Positions 55,624 to 64,000 of a stretch of 64,000 bases of DNA are shown here, in pieces. Made by a program: the position numbers and the translations under genes. This DNA comes from an uncultured Acidobacteriota bacterium. Its GTDB lineage: Bacteria; Acidobacteriota; Vicinamibacteria; Marinacidobacterales; DATDRI01. Under the pieces are notes generated by a model. The model was not told the DNA's origin. It made no database searches and was given only the letters and a program-made list of their open reading frames with translations. How positions within the stretch are numbered: position 1 is the first letter of the stretch; the number at the start of each line of letters is the position of its first letter. The stretch covers positions 1,459,780-1,523,779 of the forward strand of contig CAVONV010000023.1 in NCBI GenBank assembly GCA_963697355.1, read 5' to 3'.

Positions 55624-57896
55624 TCACTGAGGAGCGATTTGTCCCGTTTCCCTGAGAATCCTGTAGAGTTCGTCTCCCTTCGCGAGATAAAAGTCGTAAT
55701 TCGTTTTATCTCCGCGCTTCGCGTAGATTTCCATCAGAATCTGATAGCCCTGAAGTGTGTATCGGTCCCGAGGTTCTATCCGGACTCCCTTCTTACAGAG
55801 CTCTATCGCCTCATCGAGATTCTCGTTTCGGGCGAGGTTATACTTGGCAATCATGAAATACCCCATATTGAATCGAGGGTTCGCCTGAACGGTGCTCCGA
55901 TAATATTGGATAGCCTCTTCATGGTTGCCAAGTTCTCTCAAATCGTTGGCCAGATTGTATGAGGATCGATAGTCGTCGGGATAGTTCTCCAGTTCTTTCT
56001 TGTAATAAACGATGGCGGCTCTCACATCGCTTTTGGCTTCTTCGATGAGCGCCAAGGTGAAATAAGAGCCCTTTGACCTCGGATTGATATGGAGCGCCCG
56101 CCCGATGTAGGACTCCGCTGCGGGGTAATCCTTCCGCATGGCGTGAATCTCTCCAAGCTTGCTCAAGGCTGAAGAGCTCTCTTCGATGCGGATGGATTCC
56201 TCTAGAAACTTGACGGCATTGTCGTAATCCTTTTTGTAAAAGTAGGCGAATCCCAGCATCTCCAAAAGATTGTGGTCCTCCGGATAGACCGCGAGAAACG
56301 CTCCCGCTTCTTCTATGGCCTGATCGAGCTCACCGAGATTGAGAAGAGCGGCGACGACTTCGAACTTGGCGAAATTGTCATCGGGCTTGAGTCTAAGCAC
56401 ATGGCGTTGGCTCCCGAGTGCCTCTGCGTGCATCCCCTTCGCATAATAGCACTGCCCCATGAGCGTGTGGGCGCGAGCCATGTCGGGCTCTTCGGTGATG
56501 ATGGCTTTCAACATGTCCATCGCCTCGTCATACCGTCTTCTATTTGACGAGCTCGGTGGCTTTATCAATGGCGTTGAGGACAGCGAGCTTGTCTTTGGGA
56601 TCCGGCAGATCATCTTCCCCGTCAACAGCAGCTGAGTCAGTGACGTATCCCAAAGCCTCCAACCTCTGTCTGTCTTCTTCATCGAGGAGGTTCGCGGCTG
56701 GAGAAAGGCCGTCAACGGACTTACTCGCAATGAAGCTCTTTAACTCCTCGTCTAGCTCGCGCCTTTCAGCAGAATGCGTCTCGGCAAGGTTTTTCTCCTT
56801 CTCTCTCGTCTTCATCCAGATTATAGAGCTCCTCGTCCGGTGCCCATATGTACTTCCAGTCTTCTCGATACAGGGCTCGCAGCTCGGACCAACCGTAGTG
56901 GAGCCTCGGGTAGAATGTTTCCGTGTAAGCCGTGCCCCCTTCTTTAGGCTCATCTCCGAACATGCGACCTAAAAGTGACTCTCCCTGATACGAGTCCGGT
57001 ATGGGAATCGCAAGAGCATCGAGAATGGTCGGCGCCAGATCGACGAGCTCCACGAGACCCCGGACTCTGCCTACAGGGAATCGGAAAGGGGCCCGTATCA
57101 CCAAAGGAACCCACACAGTGGATTCATAAATGAAGTAGCCGTGTCCCTGCTCACCGTGTTGTCCCAGGCCTTCTCCATGGTCCGAGGTCACAATGAGCAG
57201 GGTTTTGTCGAAAAGCCCCTGCTCCTCGAGGAAGTTGACGAAATTTCCCACCGCATGATTGACATACTCCACCTCCCCCCGATAGGGCTCGTCCGGGTAC
57301 CTGTCGAAGGGGGGCGGCGGAACATAGGGACTGTGCGGCTCGAAGAGATGAATCCAAGTGAAGAATCGGGGGCTCTTGTTTGTCCGCAGCCACGTCTTGG
57401 CCTCTTCCAGTACTTCCTCCGCGGGCTTCTCGTTCTCTAGTAACATGCTCCCGTACGTCGTTCGATCGAAGTCATCCGAGTACATGTCGAAACCCTGATT
57501 GATCCCCCACTTCGAATGGAGGACGAAGGCGGATATGAACGCGGAAGTCGCGAACCCCCTTTCCTGCAGGACCTCGCTGGCCAACCTCAACGTGCCAGGC
57601 ACCATGAAACCGCCGTTGTCGTTGACTCGGTGGTGAAGAGGGTATGTTCCAGAAAGAATCGTGACATGGGAAGGCAGAGTCAACGGAACCTGGGCTATAC
57701 ATCTCTCGAACAAAACGCCCTCTTCCGCCAGGCGATCGAGATGAGGCGTACTCGCCCTTCCGGCTCCATAAGCACTGACAAAATCGGCTCTCAGCGTGTC
57801 GATAGTGATGAGTATGACGTTGAGATCCTCGAGGCCGCTCTTGGACCGGTCATCATTCCGCTCCCCGCTAAAGCTGAAGAAGAGGTATAGGATCAA
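55624..57896 (-). pseudogene. Sulfatase-like hydrolase fused to C-terminal TPR repeats, interrupted by two +1 frameshifts; start codon unclear
   Basis: Pieces 56766..57896 (ITIDTLRADF, TLPSH, SDHGE), 56540..56953 and 55624..56730 (TPR) continue one another (..LYNLDEDREKEKNLA.., ..KATELV/NRRRYDEAMDML..). The TM segment KKKLWAPLGGCLGLALILYLFF lacks an upstream start. Confidence 0.7.
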
Positions 57897-58017
57897 AGCA
57901 AGCCCGAGGCATCCACCCAGAGGTGCCCAAAGCTTCTTCTTCGGTGAAGGCTCGATGCTTCCAATTTGATTCTTTCTTACGTTCTTGCACCGCCGGCTAC
58001 CTCAGGGTGACAGTAAA

Positions 58018-59061
58018 TCATTTCGTGAGCTCCGGTACGTTGATGGAAATGCAATGTAAAGACCCGTTCTTTTGGATGATTGTGGATGCATCGATTTGTA
58101 CGATCCGCCGGTCCGGTAGCAAGTCGGTGTAGATTTCGAGAGCCTTCTCATCCAACTCGGGGCTGACATCGGGGTAGGCGGGTATGAGAAGCGTATCATT
58201 GGCGAAAATAACATTGGTGTAAGTCCGCCACTTTCCGTCTGCGTGGCTGGGCATGGGGATACGGTTCACCTTCATCGGCCCGGCTCGGGTTTGAGCTTTT
58301 GACAATTGCGCCGCCGCCTCGTCGAGAAGGCGAGCGTTGACGGGGTCCTCTTTCGCATCCAATGCGCCCACGACGGCGGTGTCGCGTGCCACGAGTGTCA
58401 TGAATATGTCGATGTGTTGGGTGGGCTCGCCGGACAGCGGCTCGAATACCATCCAATGCTCGGCCCCGTAGTAGCGCCGCAAAAGACCGCCAATCTCTTC
58501 CTGGCTGACACCATCCCTCATGTTGAACGCAATGACCTGTGTGGTGGTGAAAAGCCACCCTTCACCGTTCGCGAGCAAGTTGCCGCCGTTCAGTCGGAGG
58601 GGGACATCGGCGACGGGGAGCTTGAAGTACCCGGCCAGATAGCGAGGGATCCAGTCATCGGGCATATGGTCCCTACGGATGTAGAGAGCGTCTAGAGCCA
58701 TGAACTGCCCGTCGGGCAGCCGAATGAAAGACGGGCCGAAATCGCGGATCCACATGCCGACCACGGGAACTTCGGCTAGATGAAGGTTTTTGGCTGAAAC
58801 CCCGGCTTTGTCGAGGTGCTGGATGACGTCTGTATATTGAACATGATCCCCCACCACGCCGACGATCGGTATCTTGCCGTCCAGTGCCGTTACGATATCG
58901 ACGAGCGTCTTAGGATGGTGCTGAATGAGCTCACCAAAGCCCAGGACCAGCGCTTCGCACGGTTCGAACTCCGGATAGAGCCCAAGGATCTCGTTCTGCG
59001 ATTGAGCCTGCGAGGTAGCATTGATGAACGACAGGACGATGAGTAGTGACGAAAGCCGCAT
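58018..59061 (-). CDS. Agmatine deiminase / PAD_porph-family protein, secreted
   Basis: Signal peptide MRLSSLLIVLSFINATSQA. WIRDFGP, GGNLL and C-terminal GSLHCIS catalytic Cys context. Confidence 0.8.
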   Translation of the reverse strand: MRLSSLLIVLSFINATSQAQSQNEILGLYPEFEPCEALVLGFGELIQHHPKTLVDIVTALDGKIPIVGVVGDHVQYTDVIQHLDKAGVSAKNLHLAEVPVVGMWIRDFGPSFIRLPDGQFMALDALYIRRDHMPDDWIPRYLAGYFKLPVADVPLRLNGGNLLANGEGWLFTTTQVIAFNMRDGVSQEEIGGLLRRYYGAEHWMVFEPLSGEPTQHIDIFMTLVARDTAVVGALDAKEDPVNARLLDEAAAQLSKAQTRAGPMKVNRIPMPSHADGKWRTYTNVIFANDTLLIPAYPDVSPELDEKALEIYTDLLPDRRIVQIDASTIIQKNGSLHCISINVPELTK

Positions 59062-59080
59062 GGTGGATTGATTGTACCAG

Positions 59081-59128
59081 AATAGAGAACTCAAGTACTC
59101 GAGCACTCAAGCACTCAAGTACTCAAGC
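59081..59128. repeat. Octamer-array locus 9, reverse orientation (AATAGAGAACTCAAGTACTCGAGCACTCAAGCACTCAAGTACTCAAGC)
   Basis: Direct reading. Confidence 0.85.
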
Positions 59129-59212
59129 ATGGAGAGGGCCCTCAAATGACCATAGGATCGTGGTTCTCTTTGGAGTCGACCGAACTACCTTGGTAGATCT
59201 TATTCCGGATCC

Positions 59213-59283
59213 GAATTCTCGAGTACTTGGGTACTGAGTTCTCTATTCTTGAGTGCTCGAGTTCTGAGTTCTTGAGTTCTAGT
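59213..59283. repeat. Octamer-array locus 10 (GAATTCTCGAGTACTTGGGTACTGAGTTCTCTATTCTTGAGTGCTCGAGTTCTGAGTTCTTGAGTTCTAG)
   Basis: Direct reading. Inverted relative to locus 9. Confidence 0.85.
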
Positions 59284-59295
59284 GCTGTCGCTTCC

Positions 59296-59338
59296 CCAAT
59301 AAAAATTGGGCCGCCGCACTTGGTTAGTGCGGCGGCCC
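59296..59338 (-). terminator. Rho-independent terminator after the TonB-dependent receptor
   Basis: GGGCCGCCGCAC (59308-59319) pairs with GTGCGGCGGCCC (59327-59338). Minus-strand tail is AATTTTTATT. Confidence 0.75.
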
Positions 59339-59372
59339 CGTCGTATCTAGGCTTTCTTAAACGAACCTAGAA

Positions 59373-62300
59373 CTAGAAACGGAATCGGAGGCTGAGCTGG
59401 AAGCCCCGGGGATTCTGAAGACTCCGCAACTCTGAGTAGTTCGAACCGTACACTCGGTTGGCGCCGCTGTAGGTCATCTGATGGTGACCGCTCCAGTTGA
59501 AGGCGTTGAAGAACTTCCCTAGCACCTCGAACTCGCGGCTGGCGCCCAAGGTGAAGGTCTTTCCGAGGTTGAGGCTCAAGTTGTGGATCACGGGAGCACG
59601 AGCCTGCCCGTCGCAGTACGAGCCGTTATCGGGAAGGTTGGTCAGCTCGCAACCCGTGCCGCGGTCCTCGCCGACGAGGCGGTACGATGTGGCCAATGGA
59701 TTGGCCTGGGTGCTGCCGTCGGCCAGCGTAATGCGGGAAGGCCCGTAAAGGGGATCCGCTCCGGGATTGTCGATGAGCGCACCCGACCAGGGACCGGCCA
59801 TTCCGCTATAGGTGCCCGAAATCCGGATGCCATACTTTGCGCGGTAGGTGAGGCCGGTGCGGATCGAGAAACGACGCCAGGTGGGGACGTAGGACAGGTC
59901 GTTCGAGCTTCTGAGCGTGTTGTGCTCGTTGTTGCCGCGCGGCATGTAGATCCCCCTGTTGTTAGGAAACTTCTCCGGTGAGATGAACAGGGCGGGATCC
60001 GTGGGATTCCAGTCGCCGGCCATATGCTGCCACTGCCAGTTGAAGCCGAACATCATTTGTAGCGTTCGGCCGAGCCGCTGCGTCCCGGTGATCTCGAGAG
60101 CACTGTAAACCAGCTTACTCCAGGTGTTGTTGGTCTCCTGGTTGATGATGCCCCGGTTGGGATCGATCAATCCGAAGCCGATGAAGGGCTGTCCCGGACC
60201 GTCCGGATAAATCCCGTTCACATCGGTCAGCGCATAGGTCTTGGTGTAGCGCCGGTGAATGAACGCGGCGTCCATGGCGAACTGCTTCGGAAACTGCTTG
60301 CGGAATCCCAAGATGTACTCATCGATGAACGGTTGAGTCAAGTCGGGATTGAACTCGACGGAAGGATCGAGCTGACCGCTGGATCTCGGGTTGATGACCT
60401 CGAGATCCCAAATGCCGTCACCCTCGTAGTCATACTGTTCGATGAGCGTGCTCCGTCCGCCGGAGCCCCCGGAAGAGCCGGTGTAGCTGGTGACGTTGTC
60501 CCGGCCCATGACCGCCTCGTGGACGCGGCCGGCGAAGCCTCGGATTACGTTGCGAGCATCATCAGTCAGCAGATACGAGAAGCCCGCCCGCGGCCCGAAG
60601 ACCGTGGTCTTCATGCGGTCGAAGTCCTCGACGTTGTCGTGCCGCTTGACGAAGTCGAGTCGGATTCCCAGGTTCAACGTCAACCGCGGATTCGGTTTCC
60701 AGGAGTCCTGGAAGTAGAGTCCGAGGTCGCGGTCCCGGGCCCCGATGGTCTGTATTTCGGCCACGTCCCGGCGCCAGCGGTAGAAAGGAACGGCGCCCTG
60801 TGAGGGGTCGCTCTCGCTTCCCGAGAGCATACGGAACTGGTATTCCGACCAGCCGCCTCCCGCCTGGTTGGCATATTGGGTGATAGAGTCATACTTGTTG
60901 TTGGGTGCGAAGAAGACGCCGGTCTGGAACTCGTGTGAGCCACCCCAGCCTTCTCTGTAGTGAGTCAGGTCGTAGCGGAACAGGGTCATCCCCGTGGGGC
61001 TGCGGGTTCCCGCGCTATCGTCGTTTCCGGCGACGAGAATCCCCGTGCCGACCAGCTCCCCGCCGGACCGCGTGTAGTTTTCATACACACCTTGGTAAGG
61101 CCCGGTCAAAGGTGTCTTCGAGAAGTCGGTATCCGCGGTCTTGTCGTTGTAGTTGAATGTGAACTGGCTGGTGGTGTCGGTGCCCCACACCGAGGTAAGT
61201 TTGGCGCCATACAGGCTCCCTCCCGTCTTTGCGAACCATACGGGCTCCCAGAGAAACTCCCGGTTGGACCCGTTGGTCTGGTTGTCGCGCTGATAGTAGA
61301 AGGTTCCTTCATGGTTGGGACCGAACGAGCCCGAGATCTTGACGTACGGCTGGAAGTTCTCGACCTGCTGGTTGAAGGGTGTGAACTGACCGACCTGACC
61401 GTAGGAGTTACCGCTGGTGTCGATGAGCGGCATTCCGGATAGGGTCTCGAGGCGGGTGATCTCCGCCAAGTTGCGGCTGATACCGCTCTCGATCCGGGAC
61501 ACCCGGAAAGAGCCGAAGAACCAGGCCCTGTCTTGAACGATGGGTCCGCCCACCGAACCGTCGAACTGTTTGACCGCCGCGATGGAAGGCGTGCCGGCAA
61601 GGCCCGCACCGGAGGGTGAGTTGTCGGAGTTCCAGCCTTCGTTCTGGTAGTTGAAGCCGGCTGAACCGCTGAAGCTGTTGCCGCCGCTCTTCGTCACCAC
61701 GTTGATGACGAGACCGGTGCCAAGAGGCGATGCCGCATCCACACCACCCGTTTTCACTTGAACGTCGGCAACCATCTCGTTGTCCATGCCGACGTAGGTG
61801 ACCTGGGAGTCGCGGTAGGAGGAGGCGTTCATGCCCTCGAGCTGGATGACGTGAGCAAAGTGCTCGGTGGCGTGGCCGAAGTACACCATGCGGCCGCTGC
61901 CGTCATCGAAGGGTCGGGCGTTTACGCCGGGGGTCAGCTCGAGGAAGTCGCTCCAGTTGTTCCGCGCCTGGATGGGCATTTCCTTCTGGAACTCACCTTC
62001 GATGTTGAGCACGTTCGAAGGCTTGGAGATCTCGAGCATGGGAGTTTCAGCCGTTACCGTGATGGTCTCCTGCACCGAGCTGATCTTGAGCGTGGCGTCG
62101 ACGTTGTAGTTTGCACCGGCGCGGAGAACGATGCCTTCCTGCCGATACGAAGCGAAGCCTGGCATTTCGAACGTCAAGGCGAACGTGCCCGGCGGCAGGT
62201 TGAGGATACGGTACTGGCCCGTACCATCCGTTATGGCGACGCTGGGAGCCATCAAGACTGCCGACTCGGCCGTAACGGTCACACCCGGTAGGACAGCACC

Positions 62301-62408
62301 GGACTCGTCTCTGGCGTAGCCACGGAGACTGCCGTCACCGGTTTGAGCGTAGACCCCAGTAGACACAACGAGTGCTAGGGCTACAAGGATAGGAGTGACG
62401 ATGCGCAT
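59373..62408 (-). CDS. Large TonB-dependent receptor-like outer-membrane protein with CarboxypepD_reg N-domain
   Basis: Signal peptide; GSLRGYARDESGAVLPGVTVTAES; 1011 aa barrel ending ..FQLSLRFRF. Confidence 0.9.
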   Translation of the reverse strand: MRIVTPILVALALVVSTGVYAQTGDGSLRGYARDESGAVLPGVTVTAESAVLMAPSVAITDGTGQYRILNLPPGTFALTFEMPGFASYRQEGIVLRAGANYNVDATLKISSVQETITVTAETPMLEISKPSNVLNIEGEFQKEMPIQARNNWSDFLELTPGVNARPFDDGSGRMVYFGHATEHFAHVIQLEGMNASSYRDSQVTYVGMDNEMVADVQVKTGGVDAASPLGTGLVINVVTKSGGNSFSGSAGFNYQNEGWNSDNSPSGAGLAGTPSIAAVKQFDGSVGGPIVQDRAWFFGSFRVSRIESGISRNLAEITRLETLSGMPLIDTSGNSYGQVGQFTPFNQQVENFQPYVKISGSFGPNHEGTFYYQRDNQTNGSNREFLWEPVWFAKTGGSLYGAKLTSVWGTDTTSQFTFNYNDKTADTDFSKTPLTGPYQGVYENYTRSGGELVGTGILVAGNDDSAGTRSPTGMTLFRYDLTHYREGWGGSHEFQTGVFFAPNNKYDSITQYANQAGGGWSEYQFRMLSGSESDPSQGAVPFYRWRRDVAEIQTIGARDRDLGLYFQDSWKPNPRLTLNLGIRLDFVKRHDNVEDFDRMKTTVFGPRAGFSYLLTDDARNVIRGFAGRVHEAVMGRDNVTSYTGSSGGSGGRSTLIEQYDYEGDGIWDLEVINPRSSGQLDPSVEFNPDLTQPFIDEYILGFRKQFPKQFAMDAAFIHRRYTKTYALTDVNGIYPDGPGQPFIGFGLIDPNRGIINQETNNTWSKLVYSALEITGTQRLGRTLQMMFGFNWQWQHMAGDWNPTDPALFISPEKFPNNRGIYMPRGNNEHNTLRSSNDLSYVPTWRRFSIRTGLTYRAKYGIRISGTYSGMAGPWSGALIDNPGADPLYGPSRITLADGSTQANPLATSYRLVGEDRGTGCELTNLPDNGSYCDGQARAPVIHNLSLNLGKTFTLGASREFEVLGKFFNAFNWSGHHQMTYSGANRVYGSNYSELRSLQNPRGFQLSLRFRF

Positions 62409-62944
62409 TCATTACCTCCTTAGATTACTGTTGGTGAAGACGGTCGTGTTTCGAGCAACGGATTGCGGGTTTCGATACAGCAAAGTCTATGGCTGATCTC
62501 CGTTTCGACACGACTGTCACTTGATGGATATTGAGGTCCGTCAGCATATCAAGACGGCCCTCATGCATGCATCCCTCAATTCATTTGCAGTATTTGTACC
62601 AAATGGGTATGGAGATATGTATTAGGGTAGATGGCCTATAAACATAGGAAATAATGGTACATATGCTTTATTTTTGAGTGGCATGACACATCTCTTCGGG
62701 AGGAATCGATCCAAAATAACGTACGTTGGATCCAATCGAATGGATGTGTGGGTTCATTTACCCAGGGAAGGGTGGAAAATGCGCTACTTCTTGGGGTAAT
62801 TCAGTTTCACATGTTTGGATCTCACTTGACTAACGGTAAGTCAGTCCCATAATTCGAGAGATTGCTTGGAACAGAGCTGAAATAGCGGCATGCGGGGATG
62901 GCTCACTGCTCGACTGCGGCAGGCGGGGCGCTCGCGGGATATCA

Positions 62945-63010
<66 letters not shown>

Positions 63011-63013
63011 CCC

Positions 63014-64000
63014 TCATTCAATGTTCACCAAGCCCACTTTCTCGAGGATGGTCTCGAATCTCGGATTCGACCGGAGATGGTACCAGCTCGTCTTCCAAGG
63101 AAGTGTCGGGCTCATACCCCGAGATTGCACGAAGATGACATGGGGGTCACGCGCTTCAACGGCTCTTTCCAGCCAAGTCAATGCCTCGTCCGTTCTGCCG
63201 GCTTCTGCGTAGAGGCCGGCGATCTCTGCAGCAGAGACGTATTTGTTTTTCGAAAGCGCTGCCATTTCCTCCGCCGCCAGTTGCATGGTTCCCCGATATC
63301 CGGCTTCGAGATAGACGCGGGACAGCCGCTCGGCAAGAGCCGATTCTCCTCTGAGAGTCAGGGCTTTTTCGTATTCTTCCATCCACTCATCGAACATCCC
63401 TGTCTCGGCATAGACACCGGCGAGCACCGTGTGCGCGGTGGGCTCGTTCGGTTCCATTTCGATCGTCTTCAGCAAGTGTTCTATGGCGCGGTCGTGGCGA
63501 CCCTGGTCTCGTAGTACGGCCCCGTAGACCGCATTGATGTTGATAGAAAGTGGGGCGAGCTCACGGGCGCGGTTGATTTGGGCCACCTCATCATCGAGTC
63601 GACGCATGGCAGCCATGCAAATCGAACACCAGAGGTGTGCCCTGTGGTTGCTCGGGTTGACCTCGATAGCCTGTTGGAACTGTCTTTCCGCTTCCTGAAG
63701 ATCCCAGTCATAGAACATTTTGATGAGGGCCAAGCTGTTGTGGGCTTCGGACATGGTTTTGTCCAGCTCCAAAGCCTTCGTAGCGGCCGCTCTTGCCTGG
63801 GTCATGGTCTCTCTGGAGTCCGCGTAGTTGAAGACTGTTTGCAGAACGAACGACTCGGCCAAGCCGGCATGAGCCATGGCGAGGTTGGGATCGAGTCGGA
63901 TGGCCTGCTCGAAGTACTCGGCCGCCTTCTTGAGTCCTGCGTGTGTCCTCTTGTCACAAAAATACCGGCCTCGAGAAAACAAATCGTAGGCTTCAACGTT
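63014..64000 (-). CDS. TPR-repeat protein, C-terminal part (5' end outside window)
   Basis: ORF is open to the window edge. Repeated TPR-like A..Y/F..A helices (..AAEYFEQAIRLDPNLAMAHAGLAESF..). Confidence 0.75.
   Translation of the reverse strand, partial: NVEAYDLFSRGRYFCDKRTHAGLKKAAEYFEQAIRLDPNLAMAHAGLAESFVLQTVFNYADSRETMTQARAAATKALELDKTMSEAHNSLALIKMFYDWDLQEAERQFQQAIEVNPSNHRAHLWCSICMAAMRRLDDEVAQINRARELAPLSININAVYGAVLRDQGRHDRAIEHLLKTIEMEPNEPTAHTVLAGVYAETGMFDEWMEEYEKALTLRGESALAERLSRVYLEAGYRGTMQLAAEEMAALSKNKYVSAAEIAGLYAEAGRTDEALTWLERAVEARDPHVIFVQSRGMSPTLPWKTSWYHLRSNPRFETILEKVGLVNIE

Overview
This 64-kb chromosomal segment comes from a moderately high-GC Gram-negative bacterium. The gene content suggests Acidobacteriota (inference): a PadR regulator next to a duplicated-FtsX 'ADOP' permease, a GWxTD protein, CarboxypepD_reg-type TonB-dependent receptors and a sulfatase-TPR fusion. 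I call about 45 apparently intact CDS. They include a SulP permease (partial), a NarL/LuxR response regulator, and a ZIP metal transporter with an embedded cNMP-binding domain that is translationally coupled to an outer-membrane barrel. A co-directional run of secreted proteins of unknown function follows. Other content: RelBE and VapBC toxin-antitoxin pairs; a TPP-riboswitch-controlled TonB receptor/PnuC-family/NadR-like kinase operon; a MacA-like adaptor plus ABC ATPase; PadR plus ADOP permease; an SPL-like radical SAM enzyme; and a REC-GcvH-like response regulator. Also present are a MaoC dehydratase plus O-methyltransferase pair, a long peptide/amino-acid scavenging neighbourhood (M29, two DAACS symporters, S41-like, class V aminotransferase, M14, serine hydrolase, M19, CapA), a DUF438/DUF1858 pair behind a perfect FNR-type box, and a TatT-type TRAP transporter. 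I recognised no rRNA, tRNA, CRISPR array, transposase or integrase. Three things stand out. (1) A dispersed family of intergenic tandem octamer arrays (unit GAGTTCTT/GAGTACTC, often opening with GAATTCTCGAG) occurs at nine or more loci, plus a CTCGACTG x7 array and a GAAAGTA x8 array. (2) A conserved non-coding element is present in three copies, and its hairpin tolerates only RNA-compatible wobble changes. (3) The density of broken genes is unusual: three large genes are disrupted by +1 frameshifts or an in-frame TAG, and there are at least eight truncated gene remnants and mosaics. All calls rest on reading the translated ORFs and the nucleotide sequence by eye; no database search was run.
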